Of a stretch of DNA of 64,000 bases, positions 19,682 through 29,935 are shown one piece after another. A program made the position numbers and the translations under genes. Source of the stretch: Minisyncoccota bacterium. GTDB lineage: Bacteria; Patescibacteriota; Minisyncoccia; Phycocordibacterales; CALRHW01. The DNA lies in NCBI GenBank assembly GCA_046350795.1, contig JAXLZT010000001.1, forward strand, positions 2,411 to 66,410, written 5' to 3'. Position 1 is the first letter of the stretch, and every line of letters starts with the position of its first letter. The notes beneath the pieces are model-generated. The model did no database searches, was not told where the DNA came from, and worked only from the letters and a program-made list of their open reading frames with translations.

Positions 19682-19726
19682 ATCACCTCGACATTCGACC
19701 AAAACCATCGCGAGACAAGGACCCAC

Positions 19727-19762
19727 CGTCCTGCTGTCGCGGTGGTTCTTTGTTTATAAGAT
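19727..19762 (+). terminator. Intrinsic terminator (CCACCG...CGGTGG plus TTCTTTGTTT)
   Basis: Hairpin plus T-tract after the 19094..19681 ORF. Confidence 0.5.
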
Positions 19763-19809
19763 TAAAAAATAAATCAAGAAAACCAGACAGATTTTAAATC
19801 TTAAAAAAA

Positions 19810-20448
19810 TTAAAATCCTTTTATTTTTAATGTTGCGTCCATCTCCCTTAATTGCGCCTTCAATTTAACGTCTTTTATGTTTCCAGAATTAAGAAGTTTT
19901 CTTGCTTCCTCATACTTACCCAACTCCATATATATATAAATTAAACTGTATGTAATTCGCTCTCGATTAGTTTCATCTATCGTGACATCTTTCAAATTTT
20001 CATTTGCTCTTTCAGCAGCTCTTAGGAAATAAGTTTGCGCCTGAGATGAATCACCCTTTTCTCTCAATATCATTCCAAAGCACAGATAGGCGGTATACCT
20101 TTCATGATCAAGTAGCCAAACTTGATTACATCTCTTCATAGCGGTGTCAAAATCTTTTGGATCTTTTTCTATATAAGAAAGAGCCCCACCAAAGATTCCA
20201 TCAGTAGCATCTACTAGATTTTTTTGTGAAAGAGCCGAGCGCACAAAAGTTTCATCAATCTTTTTTATTTCTTCAGATCTATTTGCAATATATGACTTAT
20301 AATCTTCTGCGCCATACATTGGCTTAATATTTGTAAAATTTCCATTACTTTTTGAGAGGTTTTTTACAAAAAATAAAGCAACCATAATAATCGCGACTAA
20401 CGCAACGACGAAAAAAACCTTCGAAAAACCTCTCCGTGAATTTAACAT
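19810..20448 (-). CDS. Membrane-anchored TPR-repeat protein
   Basis: N-terminal TM; TPR-like repeats. Confidence 0.55.
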   Translation of the reverse strand: MLNSRRGFSKVFFVVALVAIIMVALFFVKNLSKSNGNFTNIKPMYGAEDYKSYIANRSEEIKKIDETFVRSALSQKNLVDATDGIFGGALSYIEKDPKDFDTAMKRCNQVWLLDHERYTAYLCFGMILREKGDSSQAQTYFLRAAERANENLKDVTIDETNRERITYSLIYIYMELGKYEEARKLLNSGNIKDVKLKAQLREMDATLKIKGF

Positions 20449-20456
20449 GATTTAAT

Positions 20457-21482
20457 TTAAATAAACTGGCCAGATTTCACCACATGATCTACGAGCGTAT
20501 GGGTATACCCCATTTCGTTGTCATACCATGCAAGTACTTTTACAAGATTTCCGCCCACTACACGTGTAAAAGAAAGATCTGCGATAGACGCAAAACGACT
20601 TCCCTTTATGTCAGATGATACCAACTGTTCTTCTGTGACAGAAAATATATTTACCCAACGTTCATCCTTTGAAGCTTTTTTCAAAATTTCATTTACTTCT
20701 TCTTTTGTTGTATCGCGCTTGGCAATAAAAGTAATGTCTGCAATAGAACCCACCACAACAGGAACACGCATAGATATACCATCAAACTTTCCTACAAGCT
20801 CAGGAAAAGCTTTTGTTACAGCAATAGCTGCACCAGTAGATGATGGCACTATGTTTTGTGCAGCAGATCTACCTTCACGAAAATCTTTTTTATTTGGACC
20901 ATCGACTATAGACTGACTCGCTGTATAAGCATGCACTGTGTTTAGCATTGCTTTTTCTATACCTATAGCTTCATGCAAGATTGCAATAAGAGGACTCGCT
21001 GAGTTTGTAGTACAAGAAGCGTTTGAAGTAACAACACAGCTAGCAAACTTGTCTTCGTTGATACCCATTAAAATAGTAGCGCCATCTGCAGGAGCTTCGT
21101 CTTTTGCAGGAGCACTAATCACTACACGTTTTGCGCCAGCAGTGATATGCACCTTTGCACTTTCAAAAGAAGTGAAAAGTCCTGTTGACTCCACCACAAC
21201 ATCAACACCCAAATCTCCCCAAGGCAAAGCCGCTGGTTCTTTTTCACTAAAATACTTTACTGTCTTTCCATCAACCAACAAAGATTTTTTATCTTCAGCA
21301 ACAGAAACATCAAAAGGAGTCACACCATAAGCAGTGTCGTACTTTAGTAAATAAGCAATGTTGTCTATGTTGCCGAGATCATTTACAGCAACGACTTCCA
21401 AATCCTTTCTACCATGAGCTACTTTTATAAATGCTCGCCCTATTCGCCCCGCACCATTTATCGCAACTTTTATTTTTTTCAT
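20457..21482 (-). CDS. gap: Glyceraldehyde-3-phosphate dehydrogenase
   Basis: INGAGRIGR Rossmann motif, SNASCTTN active site. Confidence 0.9.
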   Translation of the reverse strand: MKKIKVAINGAGRIGRAFIKVAHGRKDLEVVAVNDLGNIDNIAYLLKYDTAYGVTPFDVSVAEDKKSLLVDGKTVKYFSEKEPAALPWGDLGVDVVVESTGLFTSFESAKVHITAGAKRVVISAPAKDEAPADGATILMGINEDKFASCVVTSNASCTTNSASPLIAILHEAIGIEKAMLNTVHAYTASQSIVDGPNKKDFREGRSAAQNIVPSSTGAAIAVTKAFPELVGKFDGISMRVPVVVGSIADITFIAKRDTTKEEVNEILKKASKDERWVNIFSVTEEQLVSSDIKGSRFASIADLSFTRVVGGNLVKVLAWYDNEMGYTHTLVDHVVKSGQFI

Positions 21483-21528
21483 TAATAAATATTCTTAATC
21501 TATAAGTGCTCTTAATTATATAACATTA

Positions 21529-22548
21529 TTACTCTATAGACATTGGCTCTGATTTTTTCTCTTCTTTCTTTCCATGAGAATGTCCATCTACTTCGTAGCT
21601 AGTGTTTTGTGCTTCAAAGAAATTTACAAGCTCATACACGTCTGTAGCTGTACTCATCCACTTTGCTGGATTTGTAACATTGTAATGCTTTGGCAAACCG
21701 AGCTCTTCGAGTCGGCGATCAGCTACATATTGTACGTATTGATTTACATAGTCTGCGTTTAGACCAAGTATTCCACGAGGGAAAAGATCTTTGTTGTAAG
21801 CGACTTCCAAATCAACTCCTTCTATTACTATGTTTCTTATTTCGTTTGCAAACTCTTCTGTGAGAAGCGCCTGATTTTCTTCCAAAATATTGTGAATTAG
21901 ATTTATTCCAAACTGTAGATGAAGACTCTCATCGCGAAGAACCCAATTTATCATTGAACCAAAATTGCGAAGCTGATTGCGCTGACGGAAAGAAAGGGCA
22001 ACCATAAATCCACTGTAAAACCAAATGCCTTCCATCACTATGTTTGTAGCAACAAGATTTCTAATGAAGTCTTTTTTTCCTTCTACAGTAGATATATCAA
22101 GAGTATCTTCTGTCATCCTCTTCATGTATTTTCCGATATAAGCTTCTTTTGCAAGCATTGAAGGCACCTGTAGATGAAGATCGAAAATCTTTTCTCGATC
22201 AAAAGGGAAAGTTTCAAGAACGTACTCAAAAGCTACACAATGATTTGCTTCTTCCCACATTTGCTTTGCGAGATACAAATGACATTCTGGAGATTTGAGG
22301 TAAGGATAAATACCGAGAGCGATAGATCTGTTGACTATGAGTTCGGCTGGATTAAAGAACGCCATTAAAAATTTAACAGCGTGTCTTTCATCTTCTGTCA
22401 TTTTTTCCCAATCTTCCAAATCTTCTTTAAGAGCGATTTCATGTGGAAACCATGTATTTCTTACTGCTTGATTATATAGATCGTATGCCCACTTATAATT
22501 TAGTGGATGCAAATTCATATCTTCTGGTGAGGCTTTTCCTATGAGCAT
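21529..22548 (-). CDS. nrdB: Ribonucleoside-diphosphate reductase beta subunit (class I)
   Basis: Ferritin-like di-iron ligands (EEANH, ESLHL). Confidence 0.85.
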   Translation of the reverse strand: MLIGKASPEDMNLHPLNYKWAYDLYNQAVRNTWFPHEIALKEDLEDWEKMTEDERHAVKFLMAFFNPAELIVNRSIALGIYPYLKSPECHLYLAKQMWEEANHCVAFEYVLETFPFDREKIFDLHLQVPSMLAKEAYIGKYMKRMTEDTLDISTVEGKKDFIRNLVATNIVMEGIWFYSGFMVALSFRQRNQLRNFGSMINWVLRDESLHLQFGINLIHNILEENQALLTEEFANEIRNIVIEGVDLEVAYNKDLFPRGILGLNADYVNQYVQYVADRRLEELGLPKHYNVTNPAKWMSTATDVYELVNFFEAQNTSYEVDGHSHGKKEEKKSEPMSIE

Positions 22549-22575
22549 ATTTTATTTTTATTATCGTTCTTGTAA

Positions 22576-25230
22576 TTACTGACAACTATCACAAACATTT
22601 GCTTCTGAAGGATCTTCTGGCATATGCACTTTATATTCCTTCTTCATCTCTACATGACTCGATGGTGGTGTAAAAGATGTTGGTGTAGAAGACGCGACGG
22701 AAGCAAATCCTTTCATTTCTACTTTTGGTGTTTGTACATTTTGAGCTACAAAAGAAGGTTGCGCTGGAACTGTTTCTAGTGGTAAAGGAGAAGTCACCGC
22801 ACCCACAGCAGCAAAAGCGGGAGTAGAGAGTGGTGACGCAGCTTTCATAGAGGAAACACCAGCAAATCCAACCTTTCCTATTTTCTGTGCTTTATTTACA
22901 GACACGGTGCTCTGTTCGGCAGTATGACGAGGCTTCATGTGTAGATAGTAAGTAGTCTTTACTCCCTTTTCCCAAGCACTCATGTAAATATTTATAGTCT
23001 CATCAATATCTCTAGTCTCTAGATACATATTTCTAGACAGAGCTTGATCAATCCACTTTTGAGCACGAGCTGCGACTTCTACATAAGCATAAGGAGAAGT
23101 TGTAAATGATGTTTTGTAAATATCTTTTATGTGCTGAGGTATTTGCTCTATTTGAGAAATATCTCCCTGGTTTTCGATAATCAAAGCTCTTGTCTGCTCC
23201 CAAATACCCATGTTCTTTAAATCTTTCACAAGATTGTGATTCAAATCCAAATATTTTCCTGAAATTTTATTTCTAGAAAAAACCTGCGCAAAACGTGGAT
23301 CAATACCAGGAGTAGTAGCTGCAACCAATCCAATATTTGCGTTTGGAGCGACAGCCATCAAGGTAGCGTTTCTGATTCCGTTTTTCACTTTTGCTCGTAG
23401 CACGTCCCAATTTAATCCTTTGTGTTTACTTTCTTTTGAAACAGTCAGTGGTATTCCTCTATCAGCTTCAAGTGTTTGCAATGTATCAAAAGGAACTTTT
23501 CCTTTTGACCATTCTGATCCTGCAAAATTTGTATAACTTCCCCTCTCTTGAGCAAGATTTGCGCTTTCATCTATCGCCATGTAGCTAATGAATTCAAAAA
23601 TCCTGTCAGCAAAATCCCAAGCATGAGGGCTGTCATATGACATGCCGAGTTTTTCTATCGTATCTGAAAAGCCCATGACACCGAGACCCACAGCTCTATT
23701 TTCTCTATCTGATTTTACAGCTTCAGGTATAGGGAGCTCGTTTATATCAATCAAATTGTCTAACTGTCGCACAGCGAGGCGAATACTGTCTTCCAATTTT
23801 CCCCAATTTACCTCTTTGTTTTTTACGTGAGCAGCTAGATTTAGAGAAGCTAGATTACATACAGCTACATTGTCTTTGTCTTGAGGTAGACAAATCTCAG
23901 TACAGAGATTGGACATATGGATAGTGCCGGTATTGTTGTTTAAAGCACGCAAATTTATAGGATCTTTCCAAGTCAACCAAGGGTGAGATGTTGTTTGCAA
24001 AGCAACGAGGATTTGTCTGAATTGTTCTCTAGCTGGAACCTTTTTGAAAGTTCGAAGCTTACCAGCATTCGCCATCTCTATGTATTCTGCATATCTCTTT
24101 GCAAATTTTTGTCCGTAAAGCTCGTTTAAATCTGGAGTTTCTTTTGGATCAAACATATACCAATCTTCACTTGCCTTCACACGACGCATAAATTCATCAG
24201 AAAGAAACGCAGCGGTATTTGCAGTACGCATTCTCATGTAATCATCTCCAGCGTTGTGTTTCCAATCAATAAATTCTGGAAAATCAAGATGCCAATTTTC
24301 CATATAGAAACAAAGTGCTCCCTTCTTTTTACCTCCTCTTTGAATAGCACGGATAGCTGTATCGATAATTTTTGCAAAAGGTGTAGGACCTGTAGATGTG
24401 CCGTTGTTTGAAAGCAAAGGAGAACCCGCTGCGCGAAGTTTTGTCATTGACGCACCAATACCTCCAGAGCCTTTTGACAACTTCATTACATCAGAAACTG
24501 ATTTTGCAATATGATCCATGTCGTCGTGGATTTCAAGCAAGAAACAATTTGAAAGAGATGGTCGAGTAGTACCTGCACCCAAGTTTGTTGATCCTCCCGC
24601 AAGATATTCGAGCTTAGACATTTTGTTGTAAAACTTTTTTGCTTGCTCAGTCGGATCTTTTTCGTTGTAAGAAAGTCCCATCGCAACTCTCATGAAAAAA
24701 TATTGCGGGGTCTCGCGAGGGGTTTGATCTAAATTTTTTAAAGCATATCTGTTGAGCAAACTAGAAAGTCCTGCGTATTGAAAAAATTCATCACGTTCAA
24801 TATGAAGTGCGTCTGCTATTTCTTCAAGACGAAACTTCTCAATCATATTTTTATGAAGTTTTCCTTCTTCTACTCCTTTTTTTATAAAAGAAATGAAGGT
24901 TTGCTTGTGTCTTCTTTCCAAATCCGCATCATCATCCTTATCAAACTCACCAATCACCTTTCGGTAGACAGTTTTTAGCAAAAGTCTTGTTGCAACCTTG
25001 TCATAATCAGTGTCTTCTTTGACGTTTTGTAGTGCAGCATTGATAGTAGCCTGATCTATTTCTTCTGTTGTGATGCCATCATATAAAGTGAGACGAGTTT
25101 CTGTTGCAATCTGAGTCACCATTCCTATCGGATCAAGCATTCCCTTACAAGCTCGCTCGATTGATCTATTTATTTTATCTGCATTAAAAGATTCGTGGGC
25201 TCCGTCTCTCTTTTTTATTGTGATGCTCAT
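22576..25230 (-). CDS. nrdA: Ribonucleoside-diphosphate reductase alpha subunit (class I) with ATP-cone and ~150-aa Ser/Thr/Pro-rich C-terminal extension
   Basis: ATP-cone at N-terminus (KRDGAHESFNADKINRSIERA), catalytic NLCTEI..C, C-terminal CDSCQ. Confidence 0.9.
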   Translation of the reverse strand: MSITIKKRDGAHESFNADKINRSIERACKGMLDPIGMVTQIATETRLTLYDGITTEEIDQATINAALQNVKEDTDYDKVATRLLLKTVYRKVIGEFDKDDDADLERRHKQTFISFIKKGVEEGKLHKNMIEKFRLEEIADALHIERDEFFQYAGLSSLLNRYALKNLDQTPRETPQYFFMRVAMGLSYNEKDPTEQAKKFYNKMSKLEYLAGGSTNLGAGTTRPSLSNCFLLEIHDDMDHIAKSVSDVMKLSKGSGGIGASMTKLRAAGSPLLSNNGTSTGPTPFAKIIDTAIRAIQRGGKKKGALCFYMENWHLDFPEFIDWKHNAGDDYMRMRTANTAAFLSDEFMRRVKASEDWYMFDPKETPDLNELYGQKFAKRYAEYIEMANAGKLRTFKKVPAREQFRQILVALQTTSHPWLTWKDPINLRALNNNTGTIHMSNLCTEICLPQDKDNVAVCNLASLNLAAHVKNKEVNWGKLEDSIRLAVRQLDNLIDINELPIPEAVKSDRENRAVGLGVMGFSDTIEKLGMSYDSPHAWDFADRIFEFISYMAIDESANLAQERGSYTNFAGSEWSKGKVPFDTLQTLEADRGIPLTVSKESKHKGLNWDVLRAKVKNGIRNATLMAVAPNANIGLVAATTPGIDPRFAQVFSRNKISGKYLDLNHNLVKDLKNMGIWEQTRALIIENQGDISQIEQIPQHIKDIYKTSFTTSPYAYVEVAARAQKWIDQALSRNMYLETRDIDETINIYMSAWEKGVKTTYYLHMKPRHTAEQSTVSVNKAQKIGKVGFAGVSSMKAASPLSTPAFAAVGAVTSPLPLETVPAQPSFVAQNVQTPKVEMKGFASVASSTPTSFTPPSSHVEMKKEYKVHMPEDPSEANVCDSCQ

Positions 25231-25539
25231 GGTTTTTTGATTCGTTAATACAGTTGTAAAAGTTTGTCATATCATTTTACATTAAAAAAGTAGTCACCAG
25301 AACAGTGGATAAGCCTATTTTTGGTGGTTAGATAATAGAAAAACGGCAACGTAAAGATGGCTCTTAAATGAGCCTTATATAACAAAACAAAATGACAGAT
25401 TTTTGAAGAAAAAATAAAGAAAAAATAAAAAAATAACCGGTTTTTGTAAGAAAAAGTGAAAAAATTAATGAAAAGGGGGCGAGTCCTGCTAAACTCGCTC
25501 CCTGTGGCAATTCATTGGCGCAATTTCCCGCGCACGCAT

Positions 25540-26502
25540 TTAGATTGATGTCTTAGCGATCTTTCGATCTGGTGTTTTTACATTCCACACGAGTCCCAAC
25601 AAACGGAAGGTGCAGATGATGTAATAACTCGGATCGATTTCCCACCAACGATGTTGCACCGTGGCAGATACCTGATCGTAGTGATGGTTGTTGTGCCAAC
25701 CCTCACCACCAGTAATGATCGCAACCCACCAACTATTGCGTGACTCATCTTTTGACTTGTAGTTTTGGTAACCCCACATGTGTGTCGCCGAATTGACGAG
25801 CCAAGTGGAGTTCCAAAAAAACACAGTCCTCACCGCAACACCCCAAACAACGAAGCTGAGTGCCGTCTGGTAAGCTTTGGTGATGCCGTCTTGCGCAAAA
25901 CCAATAACAAAACCGACAGCAAAGATGACGATGGCGTGCAAGAGCCACACCAAAAGCCAACGGTTGTGCCTGTGCATCCACACGTGGAAAGGATCTCTCT
26001 GCAAATCTCTGGTGTTTTGGTACACTGCCTCTCCCTCAATCGCCTTATTGAAAAAGAGGAGCCAACCAATGTGAGACCACAAGAAATTTACTAGTGGCGT
26101 ATGCGGATCGGGTTGTGTGTCGGAATGATGATGATGCCTGCGATGTACAGACACCCACCAAAGACTCGAACCTTCAAGGTTGCAGAAAGCGAGCATTGTG
26201 AGAAGTCGCTCAAACCACCTTGAACATTCAAAACTACGGTGAGTGAGTAGACGGTGGTAGCAGATGCCGATGCCACACCAACCAATGGGCACGATCAGCG
26301 CAAACATCAAGGCAAGAGCCGAGCCAGAAAAAAAACTCGGCACCAATCCGCACAGCGCAAGTACACCACCCACAACAACAAACAAGTGCAGTGAGATGAT
26401 GAAGATCGCGCTTACCCAGTTGGGTGATATCACACCCTCAGGTATCTGTAGTGGATCCACGTTAGAGGGATCACGCACAGAATCAGCTTTAATAACACTC
26501 AT
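25540..26502 (-). CDS. Membrane fatty-acid (acyl-CoA/acyl-lipid delta-9-type) desaturase, high-GC island
   Basis: Three His boxes HRLLTH, HRRHHHHSD, HNNHHYD; 4 TM; SD AAGGAG 9 nt upstream; GC ~55%. Confidence 0.8.
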   Translation of the reverse strand: MSVIKADSVRDPSNVDPLQIPEGVISPNWVSAIFIISLHLFVVVGGVLALCGLVPSFFSGSALALMFALIVPIGWCGIGICYHRLLTHRSFECSRWFERLLTMLAFCNLEGSSLWWVSVHRRHHHHSDTQPDPHTPLVNFLWSHIGWLLFFNKAIEGEAVYQNTRDLQRDPFHVWMHRHNRWLLVWLLHAIVIFAVGFVIGFAQDGITKAYQTALSFVVWGVAVRTVFFWNSTWLVNSATHMWGYQNYKSKDESRNSWWVAIITGGEGWHNNHHYDQVSATVQHRWWEIDPSYYIICTFRLLGLVWNVKTPDRKIAKTSI

Positions 26503-26556
26503 GGTGATCGTCTCCTTGGATAGATCTAAGAGGAAATGGAAGGAACGCAAACTATA

Positions 26557-27015
26557 CTATAGCACAACCCTGTCTCCCACCTTTATCTTATTTTTTTCTA
26601 CAAAACCAGAATTAACTTCCAAAACATACATGGCTTCTTTTGGTGGAATAAATATCTCAGGAAAAGATTCTGGCTTTGCGTCTTCTTTTATATAAATAAC
26701 GTGGAAATTTTCATCAATCCAGACTATATCTATCGGAAATTTCATATCTTTCATCCAAATACCGGCTAATTGAGGCTTTTCAAATACAAAAAACAAACCA
26801 GAGTCAGGAGGCAAAGAGTCACGACCAGACAAACCGTGCATTCTTTTTTCTTCTGTATCTACCTTCTCTATATTTATGTAAACACCTCCTATAGAAAATC
26901 CGTTGACTGGAGCAAGAGTCGCCTTTTTGTAATAGAAAAAACAAAAAAGCAAAATTAGAAAAATAGAAACGGCAAGAAAAACACTTTTTTTATTTTTCAT
27001 CTTTCTTTGGATCAA
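26557..27015 (-). CDS. DUF192-family protein (secreted)
   Basis: N-terminal TM; DUF192-like core (FPIDIVWIDENFHVIYI). Confidence 0.6.
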   Translation of the reverse strand: MIQRKMKNKKSVFLAVSIFLILLFCFFYYKKATLAPVNGFSIGGVYINIEKVDTEEKRMHGLSGRDSLPPDSGLFFVFEKPQLAGIWMKDMKFPIDIVWIDENFHVIYIKEDAKPESFPEIFIPPKEAMYVLEVNSGFVEKNKIKVGDRVVL

Positions 27016-27361
27016 GAGTAAGACAAATAGAATTTATACAATATCTATGTCCGGTCTCTGTGGGACCATCTGGAAAGACATGTCCGAGATGTGCTCCACA
27101 TTTTTTACAAAGCACTTCGGTGCGAGTCATCCCCAGATCGTTGTCTTCACGTGTTTCAATATTTTCGTTTGAAATTACGCTATCAAAACTCGGCCAACCA
27201 GTGCCCGAATCAAACTTTGTATCGGAGGAAAAAAGTTCTGTACCACAAGACGCGCATTTGTAGGTGCCTTTTTCTTTTGAGTTCCAATATTTTCCAGAAA
27301 AAGGAGCTTCTGTCCCCTTTTCCCACATTACTTTCTTTTGTTCTGGAGTTAGATCTTCCAT
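26990..27361 (-). CDS. msrB: Peptide methionine sulfoxide reductase MsrB
   Basis: Two CxxC zinc pairs and catalytic RYCINS motif. Confidence 0.9.
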   Translation of the reverse strand: MEDLTPEQKKVMWEKGTEAPFSGKYWNSKEKGTYKCASCGTELFSSDTKFDSGTGWPSFDSVISNENIETREDNDLGMTRTEVLCKKCGAHLGHVFPDGPTETGHRYCINSICLTLDPKKDEK

Positions 27362-27382
27362 AAAGATAATTATAGCAAAAAA

Positions 27383-27961
27383 TTATCTCCTATATCTAAA
27401 GCAATCAACCGTATGATCATTAATCATTCCTACCGCCTGCATAAAAGCGTAGCAAATAGTAGAGCCGACAAACTTAAATCCACGCGCTTTCATATCGGCG
27501 CTCATTGCATCAGACTCTACAGAACGAGATGGTAGATGTTTATGCGTCTTCCATTTATTTATTTTTGGCTTACCTCCCACAAACTGCCAAATATATTTAT
27601 CAAAAGTGCCAAACTCTTTTTGTATCTGCAAAAATTGCTGTGCGTTTGTGATAGTCGCGCGGATTTTTAGCTGATTGCGGATTATGCCGGCGTCTTTCAT
27701 TAGAGACGCGATTTTCTTTTCATTGTACCTGGCGATTTTCTTCGCATCAAAATTATTAAAAGCCTTACGAAAATTTTCTCGCTTTTTTAAAATAGTTAGC
27801 CACGATAGACCAGCCTGAAATGCATCTAGCACCACAGCTTCAAAAAGTTTTTGATCATCATGTACTGGCATACCCCATTCTGTATCATGGTATGCGCGAT
27901 ATATGGCGTCATCACTCACCCATCCGCAACGGATTTTTTGTTTTTGAAGAGTTTTTTTCAT
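27383..27961 (-). CDS. tag: DNA-3-methyladenine glycosylase I
   Basis: Tag family; start moved to M33 of the ORF because upstream codons overlap tRNA-Ser. Confidence 0.85.
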   Translation of the reverse strand: MKKTLQKQKIRCGWVSDDAIYRAYHDTEWGMPVHDDQKLFEAVVLDAFQAGLSWLTILKKRENFRKAFNNFDAKKIARYNEKKIASLMKDAGIIRNQLKIRATITNAQQFLQIQKEFGTFDKYIWQFVGGKPKINKWKTHKHLPSRSVESDAMSADMKARGFKFVGSTICYAFMQAVGMINDHTVDCFRYRR

Positions 27962-27964
27962 TTC

Positions 27965-28054
27965 TTGGCGGAAAGAGAGGGATTCGAACCCTCGATACCC
28001 TTTCGGATATACCACCTTTCCAGGGTGGCCCATTCGACCGCTCTGGCATCTTTC
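27965..28054 (-). tRNA. tRNA-Ser (anticodon GGA), long variable arm, CCA encoded
   Basis: GGAAAGA acceptor, CCACC-CTGGAAA-GGTGG anticodon arm, long variable arm, GGTTCGAATCC T-arm, CCA. Confidence 0.8.
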
Positions 28055-28076
28055 CAATACTATATATAGAACAATA

Positions 28077-28976
28077 CTATACTCTGTCTTTCATCCCTCG
28101 CAAAATAGCAACGCGCTCGGCGACCGGTGGATGCGTCATGAAAAGTTTGCCAAGTGCGTGGGCGCGCGCGCCAAACGGATTGGAAATAAAAAGGTGCGCC
28201 GTCGCATTCGTAGCCCGACTCATTGGTGCGCGCGCGCCGGCAGAAGATATTTTTTCTAGCGCCGAAGCGAGACCTTCTGGATAGCGAGTGAGCAATGCAC
28301 CAGAAGCATCAGCAAGAAATTCACGCTTACGAGAAATAGCCAGCTGAATAAGCAAAGCCACAATCGGCGAAAGAATAGCCAATACTATTCCAATAAGCAT
28401 AATAATACCTCCACCATTATCACGATCACGGTTTCCACCTCCAAACATTCTCATTCTCAAAAACATATCCGAAAGAATAGATACAAAACCCACCAAAACC
28501 ACCACCACAGTAGAAAGCAACATGTCTCTATTTCCAATATGAGAAAGCTCGTGCGCAATGACACCTTCAAGCTCCGTGCGATCTAGTATTTGCAAAAGTC
28601 CACTAGTCACTGCCACCACAGCATGCTCTTTGTTGCGACCAGTAGCAAAAGCATTTGGGGATGCGTCTGAAATAATATAGAGCTTGGGCATTGGTAGACC
28701 AGCAGTAATAGAGAGATTTTCTACAATATTCCATAGCTCTCTATGCTCATCACGTGCCACCGGCACAGCTCGATACATTTTTAAAACAAGCTTGTCAGAA
28801 AACCAATACGCACCAATATTCATAGCTATACTGAAAAAGACTGCGAAATACAAAATACCAGGATTATTGTATGCGACACCAAAAAACCAACCGAAAGCTA
28901 TGATGACAACAAAAAATATTGCCATCAAAAACCAAGTCTTAAAAATATTGGCAGACTGATGTTTGTAGATATTCAT
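28077..28976 (-). CDS. htpX: Zinc metalloprotease HtpX (M48)
   Basis: HELSHIGNRD (HExxH) plus TM helices. Confidence 0.85.
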   Translation of the reverse strand: MNIYKHQSANIFKTWFLMAIFFVVIIAFGWFFGVAYNNPGILYFAVFFSIAMNIGAYWFSDKLVLKMYRAVPVARDEHRELWNIVENLSITAGLPMPKLYIISDASPNAFATGRNKEHAVVAVTSGLLQILDRTELEGVIAHELSHIGNRDMLLSTVVVVLVGFVSILSDMFLRMRMFGGGNRDRDNGGGIIMLIGIVLAILSPIVALLIQLAISRKREFLADASGALLTRYPEGLASALEKISSAGARAPMSRATNATAHLFISNPFGARAHALGKLFMTHPPVAERVAILRGMKDRV

Positions 28977-28988
28977 ATTTTTACCAAA

Positions 28989-29549
28989 CTAAAACTTCAC
29001 ATTTACTGGCTCTTGCGCAGGAGCATTGTCTGGCAGGTCAAAGAATTCCATTTTTGAAAACTTAAAAATACCCGCTACGATTTTGCCCGGGAAAGATTCT
29101 ACAGAAATATTAAGGTCACGTACATTTGTATTATAAAAACGTCGTGCTGCTTGGATTTTGTTTTCTGTATCTGAGAGCTCTCGCTGAAGCTCGAGAAAAT
29201 TGGTATTCGCTTTTAGATCTGGATACGCTTCGGCAACAGCAAAAACACTTTTAAGTGCATCTGTTAGCATATTTTCTGCCTTTCCCTTTTCTGCCAAACC
29301 ACCTGCTCCTGCACCGACACCCATCGCTGCTGCGCGCGCTTTTGTAACATTTTCAAAAGCATTACTTTCATGTGTTGCGTATCCCTTTACAGTATTTACT
29401 AGATTTGGGATGAGATCATATCGGCGTTTTAGCTGTACCTCTATATCAGACCAAGCCTCTTTTGCACGATTTACCAAACGGACAAAACTGTTGTAGGCAA
29501 ATACAAACCAAAGTGCAATAACCACCAAAATCAATATAGCTATAAACAT
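28989..29549 (-). CDS. lemA: LemA-family protein
   Basis: N-terminal TM and LemA core; usual lemA-htpX pairing. Confidence 0.8.
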   Translation of the reverse strand: MFIAILILVVIALWFVFAYNSFVRLVNRAKEAWSDIEVQLKRRYDLIPNLVNTVKGYATHESNAFENVTKARAAAMGVGAGAGGLAEKGKAENMLTDALKSVFAVAEAYPDLKANTNFLELQRELSDTENKIQAARRFYNTNVRDLNISVESFPGKIVAGIFKFSKMEFFDLPDNAPAQEPVNVKF

Positions 29550-29649
29550 GGTTTTTTTGATTTATTATCTATTAGAAAGCAAATTATACCACAAAAAGCC
29601 CATATATAGAGTATTTGCATTATTTCCCCAAATTTGTATAATCTTTTAA

Positions 29650-29886
29650 ATGACAATTATTGCTTCTATATTACCGTATATACAGATAGCGTTATCTATA
29701 GTACTGATCGCTCTGGTACTACTACAGCGATCTGAAGCCGGCCTCGGTGGCGCCTTTGGCGGAGGAGATGGTTTTAGCTCTGGATTTCATACGCGAAGAG
29801 GTTTAGAAAAAACTCTATTTATAGGAACCATTGTCGTTGCTGGCTTATTTGTTGTTGCGTCTTTTCTCTCATTTTTCCTAAAATAA
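29650..29886 (+). CDS. secG: Preprotein translocase subunit SecG
   Basis: Two-TM protein with the Gly-rich loop. Confidence 0.75.
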   Translation: MTIIASILPYIQIALSIVLIALVLLQRSEAGLGGAFGGGDGFSSGFHTRRGLEKTLFIGTIVVAGLFVVASFLSFFLK

Positions 29887-29935
29887 TCTCTTAAAATTAA
29901 ACAAAACTTAAATTGTATTAGTTTGTCTATTCTAT

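Noticed and set aside
19004-19726. 240-aa minus-strand ORF (and other long antisense ORFs at 19027-19686, 25745-26285, 33686-34103) in high-GC islands
   Set aside because: High GC suppresses stop codons on all frames. The plus-strand 19094..19681 gene has a strong AAGGAGG SD and a terminator. The antisense ORFs lack these and overlap the better-supported genes.
25231-25539. NrdR box upstream of nrdAB
   Set aside because: Only weak partial palindromes (TCACCAGAACAGTGGA); no convincing match to the 16-bp NrdR consensus.
27962-28057. N-terminal extension of the tag ORF (MERCQSGRMGHPGKVV...)
   Set aside because: It fully overlaps tRNA-Ser(GGA) on the same strand. The Tag homology region starts at the internal Met (27961).
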